Counted from the first letter of the stretch, positions 45,376-56,026 are shown. The stretch is 58,409 nt of DNA from a virus (IMGVR_UViG_3300029319_000050:1-58409), one strand, 5' to 3'. Notes: generated by a model not told the origin, from the sequence alone. Numbers and translations are program-made.

Positions 45376-46424
45376 TATACTAATTTTGTCCTTATTTCTT
45401 CTAATTGAGCTATACCTTTATCGTAATCTCCTCCACCTAAATAATCTACCATAACTTTAGGTATAACATATTCTTGATCACTTAAATAAACTGGGATATC
45501 ATCGCTTGTAGGAGTTCCTGGACCTCTAATTTCACCGTCAGGTCTTACTCTTATTTCATCTGGTTTAGGTCCACCATTAGCTAAACCAATTTTACCCCCA
45601 AACATTGCACGTTTAGCACCTACGAATCTTTCTAAATTAGGAAATTGTGGTGTACTCACTACCGAGCCCTGTATATAAGGATTATTTTGTAAAGGGTTAA
45701 CTGCAGGTCGTAAATTTTGATCTGCGAACTGATATCGTGCTTGCGTACCGTATGGGTCCTCACCGTAAATAGCTTCTACTATTTTAGGCATTAATAAACT
45801 TTCTGCTAATCTTGCAATATTTTCATTTTTGTCATAAAACTGTTCTACTTTATCTACTCCAGAACCTACAAATTCTTTTGCCCTATCTATAAAACCTTTA
45901 TCAGCACTTGATGTTCCAAATTGTTGTATAGCCTGTTGACCATATTGTTGATTAGCACCTAAATTTGTTAAAAATTGATTACCTTTAGTATAACCACCTT
46001 GAGTTTTAGTAAAACCTTCTTGTCGCATGAGTTTGTCTAATGCAGAAGATTCAGTACCTATACCAAATAATCTACCCAAAGCAGAGTCACCTACACCTGC
46101 AAAAGTATCTTGAAAAGCTTGTACTGGTGTTCCTAACGAACCTATACCTTGACCTTGTGCACCAAACCCTTTTGCTAAACCAAAAGCGGCTAACATATTT
46201 TGTGCATAATTATCACTAGCAGAAGTTTTTGTACCTATACCAGCACCGATAGAAGCACCGACTGGTCCACCTATAACAGCACCGATAGTCGCACCGATTG
46301 CTGGACCTAATTTTTTAAATGCTTTCCTTAATTCACCGCCAATACCAAATTTTTCAGCGTTTTCGAAGTCATCAAGATATTTATTATTTAAAGTCGTAAT
46401 ACCGCCTTTTTCTAACATTTCCAT
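45375..46424 (-). CDS. Internal virion protein
   Basis: Gly-zipper GATIGAVIGGPVGASIGAGIG; C-term GEIRGPGTPTSDDIPVYLSDQEYVI domain. Confidence 0.65.
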   Translation of the reverse strand: MEMLEKGGITTLNNKYLDDFENAEKFGIGGELRKAFKKLGPAIGATIGAVIGGPVGASIGAGIGTKTSASDNYAQNMLAAFGLAKGFGAQGQGIGSLGTPVQAFQDTFAGVGDSALGRLFGIGTESSALDKLMRQEGFTKTQGGYTKGNQFLTNLGANQQYGQQAIQQFGTSSADKGFIDRAKEFVGSGVDKVEQFYDKNENIARLAESLLMPKIVEAIYGEDPYGTQARYQFADQNLRPAVNPLQNNPYIQGSVVSTPQFPNLERFVGAKRAMFGGKIGLANGGPKPDEIRVRPDGEIRGPGTPTSDDIPVYLSDQEYVIPKVMVDYLGGGDYDKGIAQLEEIRTKLV

Positions 46425-46717
46425 CTTCTACGTGCCTGTCTTAGTCTTGAATTAGGGTTTTTTGCTGCTTTTGGAAATTTTTTCATTTGTCCTGCACTTC
46501 TTGCACAAAATGATTTTCTTCTTTTTGCTGCTTTACTGCCTTTTTTAACTTTACCTGTAACTGCAGTTTTGAGCTTAGATCCTGGATTTGCCCTTCTATA
46601 AGCCCTAACTCCAGCAGCAGTCATCCCTGCTCCTTTTTTAGTAGGTCTATAGTTAGCTTTTTTACCTTTTGTAGTTCGAGGGATAGACTTAGTCTTCCTT
46701 CGTTTTTTAACTGCCAT
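46412..46717 (-). CDS. Highly basic conserved protein
   Basis: GAGMTAAGVRAYRRANPGSKLKTAV...RRKSFCARSAG...RLRQARRRWKC. Confidence 0.75.
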   Translation of the reverse strand: MAVKKRRKTKSIPRTTKGKKANYRPTKKGAGMTAAGVRAYRRANPGSKLKTAVTGKVKKGSKAAKRRKSFCARSAGQMKKFPKAAKNPNSRLRQARRRWKC

Positions 46718-46826
46718 AAGCTCCTTGCATATTTATAATGTTAAATCTAATAAATTAGATGCAGGCAGTAATGACAACCCCTGTAATTCTATATCATAGC
46801 TATTATTACTAATAATATAAAGTTTT

Positions 46827-47138
46827 TTAAGGGGTAGAAACAGTAACTGAACCAACTGCTGAAGTAGCGGTTCCTACTACACATTTAGCTGTAAACGGTG
46901 TTGAAAGGTCTACAAACTCGAATCCATCCCATAGTTGCAATGCATTTGTAGAGGTATTAAATATTACTGTACCTATATTAAAACTTTGTTTATCTCTATC
47001 AGTCGTATTAACTTGATAAGTATTTAATAAATCTGCTTGCCCTAAATTAAGTTCAAGTATTCTAATTAATCTATTAAAAAGTTCTGGTGTAACCTCATTA
47101 TCTGCCAGAGGTAAGTTAGTTGGCAATAATTTAGCCAT
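46827..47138 (-). CDS. Tail-associated protein
   Basis: FNRLIRILELNL...GTVIFNTSTNALQLWDG; downstream of the tail hub gene. Confidence 0.6.
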   Translation of the reverse strand: MAKLLPTNLPLADNEVTPELFNRLIRILELNLGQADLLNTYQVNTTDRDKQSFNIGTVIFNTSTNALQLWDGFEFVDLSTPFTAKCVVGTATSAVGSVTVSTP

Positions 47139-47460
47139 CTTTAATTATTTTATTTCTTATTAATCGCTGTTGTAGTCCTGCTTCTTCAACATCTTCATAC
47201 CCAACTATTTTGCCCTTTTTTATTAAATTAGAAAAATACTTTGGTGGGTTTTCTATTTTTCCTATATCTTTATTATAAGTCGGTAATATATAAGTTTTTC
47301 CATCTACACCAAAAGTACCTAACTGCATAGAGGTAGTGGTTTTAAGTTCACCGTCTACAAGAACAGGTTCTGGGTATACTGTAAAGTTTTTAAGATGATA
47401 ATCGTTTAAAAAATTATAATTTTTTACAAAACGAGAGTCATTACGTGTTTCAACAGCCAT
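47131..47460 (-). CDS. Hypothetical protein
   Basis: ORF coupled within the tail operon. Confidence 0.6.
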   Translation of the reverse strand: MAVETRNDSRFVKNYNFLNDYHLKNFTVYPEPVLVDGELKTTTSMQLGTFGVDGKTYILPTYNKDIGKIENPPKYFSNLIKKGKIVGYEDVEEAGLQQRLIRNKIIKDG

Positions 47461-49313
47461 TATCTTCTACCGTCTTGTCGTACGTCTACTCTGGTTGCTC
47501 CTAATCTCCAACCTGTACCTGTATTAGCAGGTGCATTATCATCATCGGATTCTACTCTAAATACAAACTGTCTACCTCTAGCTCTTATATGTTTTTGAGT
47601 TGTAGTTGAAGTAATTTCACTAGTATTAGCAGTAGATAAGTCTTCATTAGGAAAATTTCTAACTTTTGTAACCATGTTTAGTTGACCACCACCAGAATTA
47701 GATAAAAATTTAACATCAGGTATTAATCTATTTATAAACGAAAACGTATCTCCCTCACCTATATCTATATCAGAACTTTCTATAAATACATTAGTCATCG
47801 GTGATCCGTCATCATCGAAACCTGTTTCATGTTGAAATATATAATTACTAGATGCTGCTTGTGGGAAGGGTTGTACTCCCTCATCTAACCAAGCAGTCCT
47901 CGATAATTGACCATATACCCAAGTATTTTCTTCATAATTATAAATAACATAACGGTCTATTTCTGTTGAAGAACCTGACGGATAAAACCAACCTACTTCA
48001 TTTTTATTATTAATAGTAAAACTAATAATTTTATACGCTTGTGCTCTATTTAAATCGCTAAATACATAATTTTGTACCGTACATCTAACTTTTTGTACTG
48101 AGCCTGTATAAGCATAAAAATTTTCATAACCCATCCAAAATACAGCTTTAGGTGTAGTAATAGCACCTTTAGGTGAAATTAAACCAGAATTTTCATTAAT
48201 TAAATTTACACCAAACGTAAATGGTGGTCCAATAAATTGCATAGAATATAATGAAGTATCAGTCCAAATTAATATTTCTTGCCTAGCTTTTACTGCACCT
48301 ATAATTAAAGAACCTGAAGATAAACGTAAACTTCCAGCAGTATTAGTATTCAAAGGTTGAAACACAGCAGGATTTTCTTGATCACTAAACGTTATTAACA
48401 TAGGGTCAATTGAACCTGTTCTAGCACTTTCATCTGCATTTAATGGATCAGATCCTAATACAATTAAATGTCTATCAGTTTCTGAAGTTAAAACTTGTAA
48501 TCCTACTGTAGGTGCTAAATTAGCTCCTGATAATGATGATAAAGCTACAGCTCTAGTAGTTAATCCATTTGTTTGATCCCAATAAAATATACCACCACCT
48601 CTAGGATTTATTACTAAATCTTCACCAAAATTATCATGTGTCCATAATCTTAGTTGATTTGAAGCGGATATAGGAGAAGTGGACCCCCAACCACCTGCAC
48701 CCCAAGTATCAACACCCCAACCTGAGGAAGCAACAAAATTATCTAATCCTGTATTTATTTGATAAGCTCCTACAACTGAACTACCACCATTACCGCTATC
48801 TGATGCATTAGCTGTAGCTGTAGCAGTAAACGTATATGAATTAGCATTAACAATAGAAGCTATTTGATATTCTTGATTTAAAACACTTGCAGTTATATTC
48901 CCCCCTAAAGAAGTAGCACCACTAAAAGTTACGAAATCATTTACAACTGCACCGTGTGCTGTATCAGTCGCTGTTATAGTAGCTGAACCATTCGTAGCAG
49001 AAAAAGTTACATCTCCTGCAGCAGTAGTGCTTCTAATCGGAGTAATATCATTATAGGATGAGCCCTCTAAAATATAATATTTTAAGTTAGTACCAACACC
49101 TAATAGTTTCGTACTAGCTAAAGTTACCCAACTATGTAATGCTCTGCACGTTCCTAAAAAGGTAGTGCTAATTAATTTAGCCCAACCACCAAATTTTTCA
49201 GGTCTACCTTTTCTAAAACGTACTAAATTAACATCAAACCAACCACCTTCATTATCATAGTCAGTTCCTTCTCTGTTAACTCCTGGACGGAAAACAAGTT
49301 TTTGTAATGCCAT
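47460..49313 (-). CDS. Tail hub / DNA-stabilisation protein (P22 gp10-like)
   Basis: FRPGVNRE...VRFRKGRPEKFGGW; beta-propeller repeats; C-term RARGRQ...WRLGATRVDVRQDGRR. Confidence 0.75.
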   Translation of the reverse strand: MALQKLVFRPGVNREGTDYDNEGGWFDVNLVRFRKGRPEKFGGWAKLISTTFLGTCRALHSWVTLASTKLLGVGTNLKYYILEGSSYNDITPIRSTTAAGDVTFSATNGSATITATDTAHGAVVNDFVTFSGATSLGGNITASVLNQEYQIASIVNANSYTFTATATANASDSGNGGSSVVGAYQINTGLDNFVASSGWGVDTWGAGGWGSTSPISASNQLRLWTHDNFGEDLVINPRGGGIFYWDQTNGLTTRAVALSSLSGANLAPTVGLQVLTSETDRHLIVLGSDPLNADESARTGSIDPMLITFSDQENPAVFQPLNTNTAGSLRLSSGSLIIGAVKARQEILIWTDTSLYSMQFIGPPFTFGVNLINENSGLISPKGAITTPKAVFWMGYENFYAYTGSVQKVRCTVQNYVFSDLNRAQAYKIISFTINNKNEVGWFYPSGSSTEIDRYVIYNYEENTWVYGQLSRTAWLDEGVQPFPQAASSNYIFQHETGFDDDGSPMTNVFIESSDIDIGEGDTFSFINRLIPDVKFLSNSGGGQLNMVTKVRNFPNEDLSTANTSEITSTTTQKHIRARGRQFVFRVESDDDNAPANTGTGWRLGATRVDVRQDGRR

Positions 49314-49757
49314 TTATATATGTTCCCATGTTTTACCCTCAAATAGTAGTGCTTCAGCCTCTCTACGTCTTACTAAACCTTCTAAAACATCACCATTTGC
49401 TTTATTCCATCTTTTTATTTGTGCTGGTACATCTTCGTATTCTCCAGCATTCAAAACTTTTAATAACGTACTATTCGCTAAGTTTGTTGGTCCTAAATTA
49501 AAAGTCCAAGATGTTAGTGCATCAAATTGATTTTGTGATAATGGCATAGTAACTAATTCTTCTACGTGTTCACCGTATTCTTGTAATTCATCTTCTAACA
49601 TCATATCCGCTTTTTCTTGTGACCAAGTATCACCTTTTGCTACACCTCTAGTTGAACCATAACCAATAGTCCAAACCCCTGCTGCACATTGATAGGCTTC
49701 TAACTTACACCCTTCAAACTTTTTAACTAAAGCTACACCCTCGTCTGATATATGCAT
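49314..49757 (-). CDS. Endolysin, GH24 lysozyme
   Basis: KKFEGCKLEAYQCAAGVWTIGYGST, QNQFDAL, FNLG, GLVRRREAEALLF; start moved to MHISDEG. Confidence 0.92.
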   Translation of the reverse strand: MHISDEGVALVKKFEGCKLEAYQCAAGVWTIGYGSTRGVAKGDTWSQEKADMMLEDELQEYGEHVEELVTMPLSQNQFDALTSWTFNLGPTNLANSTLLKVLNAGEYEDVPAQIKRWNKANGDVLEGLVRRREAEALLFEGKTWEHI

Positions 49758-49758
49758 A

Positions 49759-50133
49759 TTAATAATCCCCCCAGATTTTTGTTTTCTTTCCACCGTGATA
49801 TTCGACTGCGTGACCTTCTTGAATAAGTATTTTACAAATGTCTTGACCATCTTCTGTATATGGTATAGCTAATATTCTGCCATACTTGCCTTTTCCTAAA
49901 GACTTTATTTTAAAATTATTTACGCAAAGTTCTTCTAATCTTTTCTTTGCAGCCAAACCTAACTTCTTTTCAGCTAAATCACGAGTCCTTGACTCAGGTG
50001 TATCTATTCCTGCCAACCTGCAGCGTTGTTTATGCAGTTTTACATCAAAACCCAAGTCAAGGGTTACATCAACTGTATCACCATCAACTACACGATCTAG
50101 TATAGCATTATACACAAATGGCTCTACAGACAT
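49759..50133 (-). CDS. Thermonuclease (SNase-like)
   Basis: RVVDGDTVD...RLAGIDTPESR...KYGRILA...LIQEGHA. Confidence 0.9.
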   Translation of the reverse strand: MSVEPFVYNAILDRVVDGDTVDVTLDLGFDVKLHKQRCRLAGIDTPESRTRDLAEKKLGLAAKKRLEELCVNNFKIKSLGKGKYGRILAIPYTEDGQDICKILIQEGHAVEYHGGKKTKIWGDY

Positions 50134-50135
50134 AT

Positions 50136-50615
50136 TTATTCTTCTTTTTGTGAATTAGAAGCACCAAAATAAAATGATATAACAGCACTAGCTAACCCAC
50201 CTAAATAACCAAGCACTAAATTTATCAATGCTTCACTATTTTGTTCTGGTGGTTGTAAAGTGACTAAAAATATGTACCCTAAAAAACCACCTAAAACAGC
50301 TAAACCCATAATCCTAGCTGTCCAATCTTTACTAAATCTACCTCTAGCGTCTTGTTTATCTTCAGTTTCTAATTTGAAAACATCAACATCAAGCTCTTTC
50401 ATCCTTAACTCAAAATCTTTTTCAGCCTTTTTTAATTGTAGAAGTTGCTCAGGAGTTGCTTGTTGTATCGCAGCATCTATAGATTTAGGATCAGATTTAC
50501 ACCCTAAAGTTTCACATAAAACTTTAGTAGCCATACCACCTAAAGGTCCACCTAATGCAGAACCTAAACTAGGTGCTATGCTACCAACGACGTTCTTTAA
50601 AACACCTTTTAACAT
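50136..50615 (-). CDS. Holin-like membrane protein
   Basis: Gly-rich N-term, EDKQDAR, two C-terminal TM helices, SFYFGAS; near the lysozyme. Confidence 0.65.
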   Translation of the reverse strand: MLKGVLKNVVGSIAPSLGSALGGPLGGMATKVLCETLGCKSDPKSIDAAIQQATPEQLLQLKKAEKDFELRMKELDVDVFKLETEDKQDARGRFSKDWTARIMGLAVLGGFLGYIFLVTLQPPEQNSEALINLVLGYLGGLASAVISFYFGASNSQKEE

Positions 50616-50648
50616 AAATAATATTGTATACCATTTATTTAGTTTATT

Positions 50649-50999
50649 TTAATCTTTCCTTTGATCATCACGATCAGCTTTTGCTATTTTATTACTGTCT
50701 ATTAAATTAGGAACACCTAATATTGTTTTTATTAAAGTATCTTGTCTTATAATTTCATTATCTAAACTTCGCACCCTATCTATTAATGCCACTAAAATTC
50801 CGTGTTGTGAATCAAGTTTTGTACCTAATCGTTCTTCCATATTAGCTATAAGCTCAGCTTGTTTATCGTCTAAAGTATCAAGTTTAGTTTCCATACCGTC
50901 GATAATTCTGTTTATGAGTTTCCAGATAAAAAGACCCAAGCCGCCTGCTGCAGCTATGGGAAATCCAACCTCATTGATGAGTTGGACGAAAGTGTCCAT
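50649..50999 (-). CDS. Membrane-anchored coiled-coil protein (possible lysis accessory)
   Basis: N-term TM VGFPIAAAGGLGLFIW followed by a coiled coil. Confidence 0.65.
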   Translation of the reverse strand: MDTFVQLINEVGFPIAAAGGLGLFIWKLINRIIDGMETKLDTLDDKQAELIANMEERLGTKLDSQHGILVALIDRVRSLDNEIIRQDTLIKTILGVPNLIDSNKIAKADRDDQRKD

Positions 51000-51185
51000 T
51001 TATAAAATGAACTTATCAATACCTAAAGAAGCTGCAAAAGCAATATATAAACCTAAAATCATCTTTTCAAGTTTTTCAAACTTTTTGCTGCCTTCATCTA
51101 ATCTTTTTTCGATATTACTATATCTCAATGCACATTCTTTTTCGTGCGATTCGATTTTAAGCATAGCCTCTTTTACGTTTGCCAT
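51000..51185 (-). CDS. Small membrane protein
   Basis: HEKECALRY...C-terminal TM helix. Confidence 0.7.
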   Translation of the reverse strand: MANVKEAMLKIESHEKECALRYSNIEKRLDEGSKKFEKLEKMILGLYIAFAASLGIDKFIL

Positions 51186-51292
51186 TATTCTTTAAATAAA
51201 GATTTTAATTTATTCCACCATTGTGGTTTTCTTTTATAAATAACAGCTAAAACAATAACTGATATTACTACTAATGAGATAAATGTTTCCAT
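51185..51292 (-). CDS. 35-aa membrane peptide (not in the ORF track)
   Basis: AAGGAG RBS; METFISLVVISVIVLAVIYKRKPQWWNKLKSLFKE; TAATG coupling. Confidence 0.7.
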   Translation of the reverse strand: METFISLVVISVIVLAVIYKRKPQWWNKLKSLFKE

Positions 51293-51301
51293 ATTTACTC
51301 C

Positions 51302-51841
51302 TTATGAACTTGGTGGGGTTGGAAAATCACCTAATGGTCTTACTGGTGGAGTAGCATCGTTATAAACATAAAGTGCTGCTAGTGCGTCTACATCACTTAC
51401 AGCATCTATTTTATCTTTCATGCTAGAAGCTGTACTTCTTACATCTACTCTAAAATCTAACCAATCAGACGGTATGGCTTTTGAGCTTTCTGCATTCCTA
51501 ACCACCATCCAATCACTAGGTTGTAATAAAGAATATGCTTGATCGTCAATAATTTTTTTGTGATTAGTTTTTAAGGTATCTAAATCTAAAGCAGTTGCAG
51601 TACCCCAAGAAGCAGTAACCGTATTATTGGCAAAAGTTAAAGTTTCGTCAGTATTTATATAATATTCTTTATCTTTAAAATTTGTACGGTCATATACAAC
51701 TTCGTAAAGACCTACAGCTTCTAATTCAGAACTTGACCATACTTCAAATATATTTTTAGGGTACTTAATATCCCCTATTTGTATAGCTTTCGGTTGATTG
51801 TAAGTAGCAGTTATACTGCCTGATTCTACTAATGCCCACAT
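51302..51841 (-). CDS. Tail fibre assembly chaperone-like protein
   Basis: YPKNIF..WS..EL...LLQPSDWMVVR...R..VR; follows the fibre genes. Confidence 0.7.
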   Translation of the reverse strand: MWALVESGSITATYNQPKAIQIGDIKYPKNIFEVWSSSELEAVGLYEVVYDRTNFKDKEYYINTDETLTFANNTVTASWGTATALDLDTLKTNHKKIIDDQAYSLLQPSDWMVVRNAESSKAIPSDWLDFRVDVRSTASSMKDKIDAVSDVDALAALYVYNDATPPVRPLGDFPTPPSS

Positions 51842-51870
51842 AATTTTTATTCTACCTCAATAATTTTATT

Positions 51871-52926
51871 TTACCTAGCGGTTACTGGATTGCCTTTAGA
51901 TGTTACGAATGGATTTTCTGCAAATGCCATATAAATATATTTTTCACCACTACTATTTATAATTACATTAAGATGTCTTACTTTAAATCCATTACTTACT
52001 AAATCTACTAAATTTGGTAATGCATTATTGGCACTTGTACTATCAGGAAAAAGTCTTTTACTAGCAACATTATGAGGGTCTCTTTTATTATCTATTATTA
52101 CCCAATTCCTATCGTTCGGAACTCTTTTAAATAAAAGAAAAGCAGGTTTAAAACCTGTATAAATAAATGGTCCATCATTTGCTCCATTACCTGTATAGCT
52201 TCCAATCTTACTGTAGCCTTGTTTAGACGCAAAACAGTAGGCTACAACTTCATTTCCACTATCACCAGTTCTTGAAATACCGCCTACACTAAATACAGAA
52301 GAAGTTGGAGCGGTGCTATTCATGCCATCCGCAGAAGTAGCTTCTGCATCACTTGAATTAAGTTCTAAATATTTAGTTGTATAGTTGCTTAAATATTTAC
52401 TAGCAACATACCAATCAATCGTATCTACTGTATTTTTAAATATAATTATTTCAGGCTGAACCCCCAATCCATGTCCGATAGTGTTATTGTTTGTGCTTGG
52501 ATTTGAATAAGTAACAATACTAAATCCTGCTGTAGTATTTGCTTGTACTGTAGAAGTTAATGAGCCATCGGTATTAGAACTTGTTGTACCACCATTTGCT
52601 TTCCATTGCCAAGCCACAAATGTATCACCACTATTATTTGTAGAGCCAGCATCACCAAGAGTAAAACCATCTGTATCAAAAGATTTTAGTCTTGCTGTAG
52701 TTGTGCTTTCTGCATTGGTTAAATTAGAATGCAACCATTTTGTAACACCTCTAGTTGAATCAGCTAATTGATGGTCTTCAGATGAGCTTGTTCTCTTAAT
52801 CCAAATCCAATCAGGTTGTAAATCTGAATTACCATCATTGGTAATAGCAGTATTATCAGTACCATTTCCAGTATAAGTTGCTATCTGAAAATATACTGAG
52901 GGATCGTCTATACTTGTATAAGCCAT
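51871..52926 (-). CDS. Tail fibre / receptor-binding protein, distal domain
   Basis: Repeated YTGNG...PDWIWIKR, AGFSIVTY, GYSKIGSYTGNG, YIYMAFAE. Confidence 0.75.
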   Translation of the reverse strand: MAYTSIDDPSVYFQIATYTGNGTDNTAITNDGNSDLQPDWIWIKRTSSSEDHQLADSTRGVTKWLHSNLTNAESTTTARLKSFDTDGFTLGDAGSTNNSGDTFVAWQWKANGGTTSSNTDGSLTSTVQANTTAGFSIVTYSNPSTNNNTIGHGLGVQPEIIIFKNTVDTIDWYVASKYLSNYTTKYLELNSSDAEATSADGMNSTAPTSSVFSVGGISRTGDSGNEVVAYCFASKQGYSKIGSYTGNGANDGPFIYTGFKPAFLLFKRVPNDRNWVIIDNKRDPHNVASKRLFPDSTSANNALPNLVDLVSNGFKVRHLNVIINSSGEKYIYMAFAENPFVTSKGNPVTAR

Positions 52927-54362
52927 TATCCGTACTCCGCTATATTTTTAGTACACAGGGCATAGTATCCTGATGGAGGTGCATATTCAAAGTTACCATA
53001 ACCATTCTCATCAGTTGCTGCACTTGATATAGTAGAAGTTGTATAACCACCTAAATTATATTGGTCATCACTATCTTCATATTGCACAACCATAGGAAAA
53101 ATAAATTCATCTTGCATATTTGTTGGTAAGTCTACTGGTTGGCTTAAAGTTCCGCTTAATGCACTACCATTTTTATAAATTGTAAATGTTTTTGTTGAAG
53201 AATCTAAATCTAATGCTATACCAATTACATCATTTGTTGATAGACTTCCCCAACCTGTAGATTCATTAGATACTTGAGAACCATTTTGCCAATAATAATA
53301 ATCAATACTTGCTGCACTGCCTACTATAAAACTTGTGTTATACATTAATTGTGCATCTTGTGTTTCACTATTTTCTGCTGGGGTAGTTGATGCTCCATAA
53401 TAACCTGTATCTGTTGAATCAGCTATTTTAACCTCATAGTACCATTTACCGTTTTTTACTCCTTGAGTTCCAAAAGCTCTATTCCAAGTACCACCACCTC
53501 CAGTAACTTTAGTTGCTCCTTCAGTAATTGTAGGTGCGTTATTGTCACCCATTAATTCATTAAAAGTGCAAAAATTATTAGTAGGCACATCAGTCGCTTG
53601 GTCTGCGGATGTTATATTGTTTAAGGTAAAGTCGTTATTATTACTACTTGAATCATTACCCAAATCCGATGAATCACTAAAGTCTAAAAAGAAACCATTA
53701 CTATCAGGTATTGATAATGCACTTATATCTTTAGGTATCCAAATTCCATTTGTATCATATTCACCGAAGTCTGTTACATCAGGGGGTGTTCCGCCTGAAC
53801 CCCAAGCCTGTGCAATATATCCATTAAAGCCATTGTTAGCTATAACTCCGCCTTCTTGTTGTTGACCTATGGTTTGTGCGTTTGTTCTATTAAAGCCCAT
53901 AGCTGTACCTGAGCCTGGATTATTAACAGTATCATAATCAGTATGTGCAATCATTTGCCCATTCACCCAAACTCTTATTCTGTCATTAGATGTGCCTTGA
54001 GTAGTATCAAATTTAAAAAATAAATGATACCAAGCAGACGTATCTCTAAAACTTTGAGTACTTAATCTCCATACTATTGAGTTCCCATAAATACCTAATT
54101 TATCATTACTATCAAATAAAATTCTTAAATTAGTTGTATTTGCAGTCCCATTACCAAACTCTGCCAATCTTGTAGCACCTGATCCATTATTTAATTCAGT
54201 TCTTTTAATCCATATACTAAAAGCCATTCTTTCATAATCAGTTTGACTTGATGGGGTGAAGTGTAGATATTCAGTATTATCCTCTTCTAATTTCAAAGAG
54301 TTATCAATATCAAAACCAGTTGATACGCTTCCTCGATTAGCTGTCCTTTGGAGAGTTTCCAT
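52926..54362 (-). CDS. Tail fibre protein with LamG/ConA-like and SPRY domains
   Basis: FSIWIKRTEL, FRDTSAWYH, GKWYYEVK, DVIGIALDLD, FEYAPPSGYYALCTKN. Confidence 0.8.
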   Translation of the reverse strand: METLQRTANRGSVSTGFDIDNSLKLEEDNTEYLHFTPSSQTDYERMAFSIWIKRTELNNGSGATRLAEFGNGTANTTNLRILFDSNDKLGIYGNSIVWRLSTQSFRDTSAWYHLFFKFDTTQGTSNDRIRVWVNGQMIAHTDYDTVNNPGSGTAMGFNRTNAQTIGQQQEGGVIANNGFNGYIAQAWGSGGTPPDVTDFGEYDTNGIWIPKDISALSIPDSNGFFLDFSDSSDLGNDSSSNNNDFTLNNITSADQATDVPTNNFCTFNELMGDNNAPTITEGATKVTGGGGTWNRAFGTQGVKNGKWYYEVKIADSTDTGYYGASTTPAENSETQDAQLMYNTSFIVGSAASIDYYYWQNGSQVSNESTGWGSLSTNDVIGIALDLDSSTKTFTIYKNGSALSGTLSQPVDLPTNMQDEFIFPMVVQYEDSDDQYNLGGYTTSTISSAATDENGYGNFEYAPPSGYYALCTKNIAEYG

Positions 54363-54363
54363 A

Positions 54364-55344
54364 TTAGCTTTGTGTTAAGTTTTGACTAATACCTATATTT
54401 TGCCATTTTGAACCGTTATAACGGAATGCGTAAATGTCAGTTTTAGCATCGGTTGCTGTTTGCGTAGGAGTTACATCTCCAACAAACTCAAAAATTGCAT
54501 TCCAAGCTAAAGTATACGGTCCGCTAGAAGCATGTTGTGCTACTTCAATACTTATAATTGCTCCTTCAACTGCATTAGTTGGAGCTGATATTGTTGAGTT
54601 TTCTTCTAATAATAAAAATGCGTTTGCTGCTGCTTTGGCATCCCAAGCTACCGTACCGTCTGTTAAAGATACTTGGGTTATATTTGCTGAAGTAGATGCA
54701 GTAACAATTTGTGGCATTGTAACATTTTGGTTTTCATCTACTGAAATAGCAGGTGTTGTACCTACTGCTGATCCTAGACCGATAACTAAATCGTCTGCTG
54801 AATCATCTAAACCAATATAAAAATCTTGAGCGTTGCCATCAAATACTATTTTAGTATCTTCTGCTGTTGCATCACCAATCGTTAAAGTCGTACCGTTAAT
54901 TGATAAACTATCAGTAACAGCTAAATCAGTAAGTGCGTCTAAAACTGCTGCTCCAGATCCTGCTCCGTCTAATTGTACGACAGCTACTTTTCCTGGAGCT
55001 ATCGTTACGTTAGCACCAGAGCCTTGAGAAATAATAATATTTTGAGAACCACTAGTAGCGTTTTCTATAATTTGTACACGCTTCATAGTGTTCGGACCGA
55101 TCGTAATAGTACAAGCTGAATCTAATGTGCCTGTGTATTTAAGGTAAAAAGCTCGACCTGCATCTGAACTACCATCTGCTACAGTTGTAGTGTGTGTATC
55201 AGCATTAGTAGTAATAGCTTCGGTGCCTATACCAAGAGCTTCACCGATAAGTTCTAAATTTGTGTTGGTGCTTGTTCCCCAAGTACCTGACTCATCACCT
55301 GTTGCGATTTCTTTAAGTCTTAAATTATTTACATAAGTTGCCAT
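54364..55344 (-). CDS. Tail fibre (proximal) protein
   Basis: LKEIATGDESGTWGTSTNTNLELI N-terminal domain; C-terminal beta domain. Confidence 0.7.
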   Translation of the reverse strand: MATYVNNLRLKEIATGDESGTWGTSTNTNLELIGEALGIGTEAITTNADTHTTTVADGSSDAGRAFYLKYTGTLDSACTITIGPNTMKRVQIIENATSGSQNIIISQGSGANVTIAPGKVAVVQLDGAGSGAAVLDALTDLAVTDSLSINGTTLTIGDATAEDTKIVFDGNAQDFYIGLDDSADDLVIGLGSAVGTTPAISVDENQNVTMPQIVTASTSANITQVSLTDGTVAWDAKAAANAFLLLEENSTISAPTNAVEGAIISIEVAQHASSGPYTLAWNAIFEFVGDVTPTQTATDAKTDIYAFRYNGSKWQNIGISQNLTQS

Positions 55345-55387
55345 AATACTTTCCTATAATAAATGATTAATAAAAATTTTAATACTA

Positions 55388-56026
55388 TTAAGCAGCAATT
55401 TCTTTCCAATTAGGTGTTTGTGAATCATCTACTTCTTGCCACTTAAATGCATTACCTACTTCAGCTGTAGCCGATACACCAGTAAGTGTTACTGTAGCTT
55501 TAGCATTAAAAGTTAAAGTCCCAACTGTAGCAACTAAATTAGGTACATTCTCAGTATTAAACCTATTATCTGTTTGTGTTGTTGCTGTTCCTAAAGCTGA
55601 AGTACCTGCTTGCCCTGTAGGTGTTTGATTAGCTTTAGCTACGGTAGTAACTGAACCTAGTCCAACTGTCGCCTCAAGACCTGAAACAGATGTATTAGCT
55701 TCAGCATCTGTTGTGGCTGTGCCTAAAGCGGACGTGCCAGCTAAACCTGATACTTGTAAGACATTTTTAGATTGTGTGGTAGGTGTGCCTAAAGCAGAAA
55801 CACCTGCTAAACCGTTAACACCTATAACACCACCTGCGTCTACTGCTACGCCACCATCGGTAGCTGTTACGCTTAAACCAGTTAACGTTACATTAGCTTC
55901 AGCGTCAGTAGTTGCGGTTCCTAGTGCGGATGTTGCTGCTGAGGGTGCTGTTAGAGTGACGGATAAAGCTTCTCCCCAAGCACCTTCGCCCCATGTGCCT
56001 CGACCCCAACCGTTTATAATAGCCAT
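55388..56026 (-). CDS. Tail structural protein with Thr/Ala/Gly repeats
   Basis: GWGRGTWGEGAWG; repeated TG..(G)TSALGT units. Confidence 0.65.
   Translation of the reverse strand: MAIINGWGRGTWGEGAWGEALSVTLTAPSAATSALGTATTDAEANVTLTGLSVTATDGGVAVDAGGVIGVNGLAGVSALGTPTTQSKNVLQVSGLAGTSALGTATTDAEANTSVSGLEATVGLGSVTTVAKANQTPTGQAGTSALGTATTQTDNRFNTENVPNLVATVGTLTFNAKATVTLTGVSATAEVGNAFKWQEVDDSQTPNWKEIAA

Noticed and set aside
51871-54362. Frameshifted or broken single tail-fibre gene
   Set aside because: Clean TAATG stop/start coupling with a GGAG RBS indicates two genuine genes
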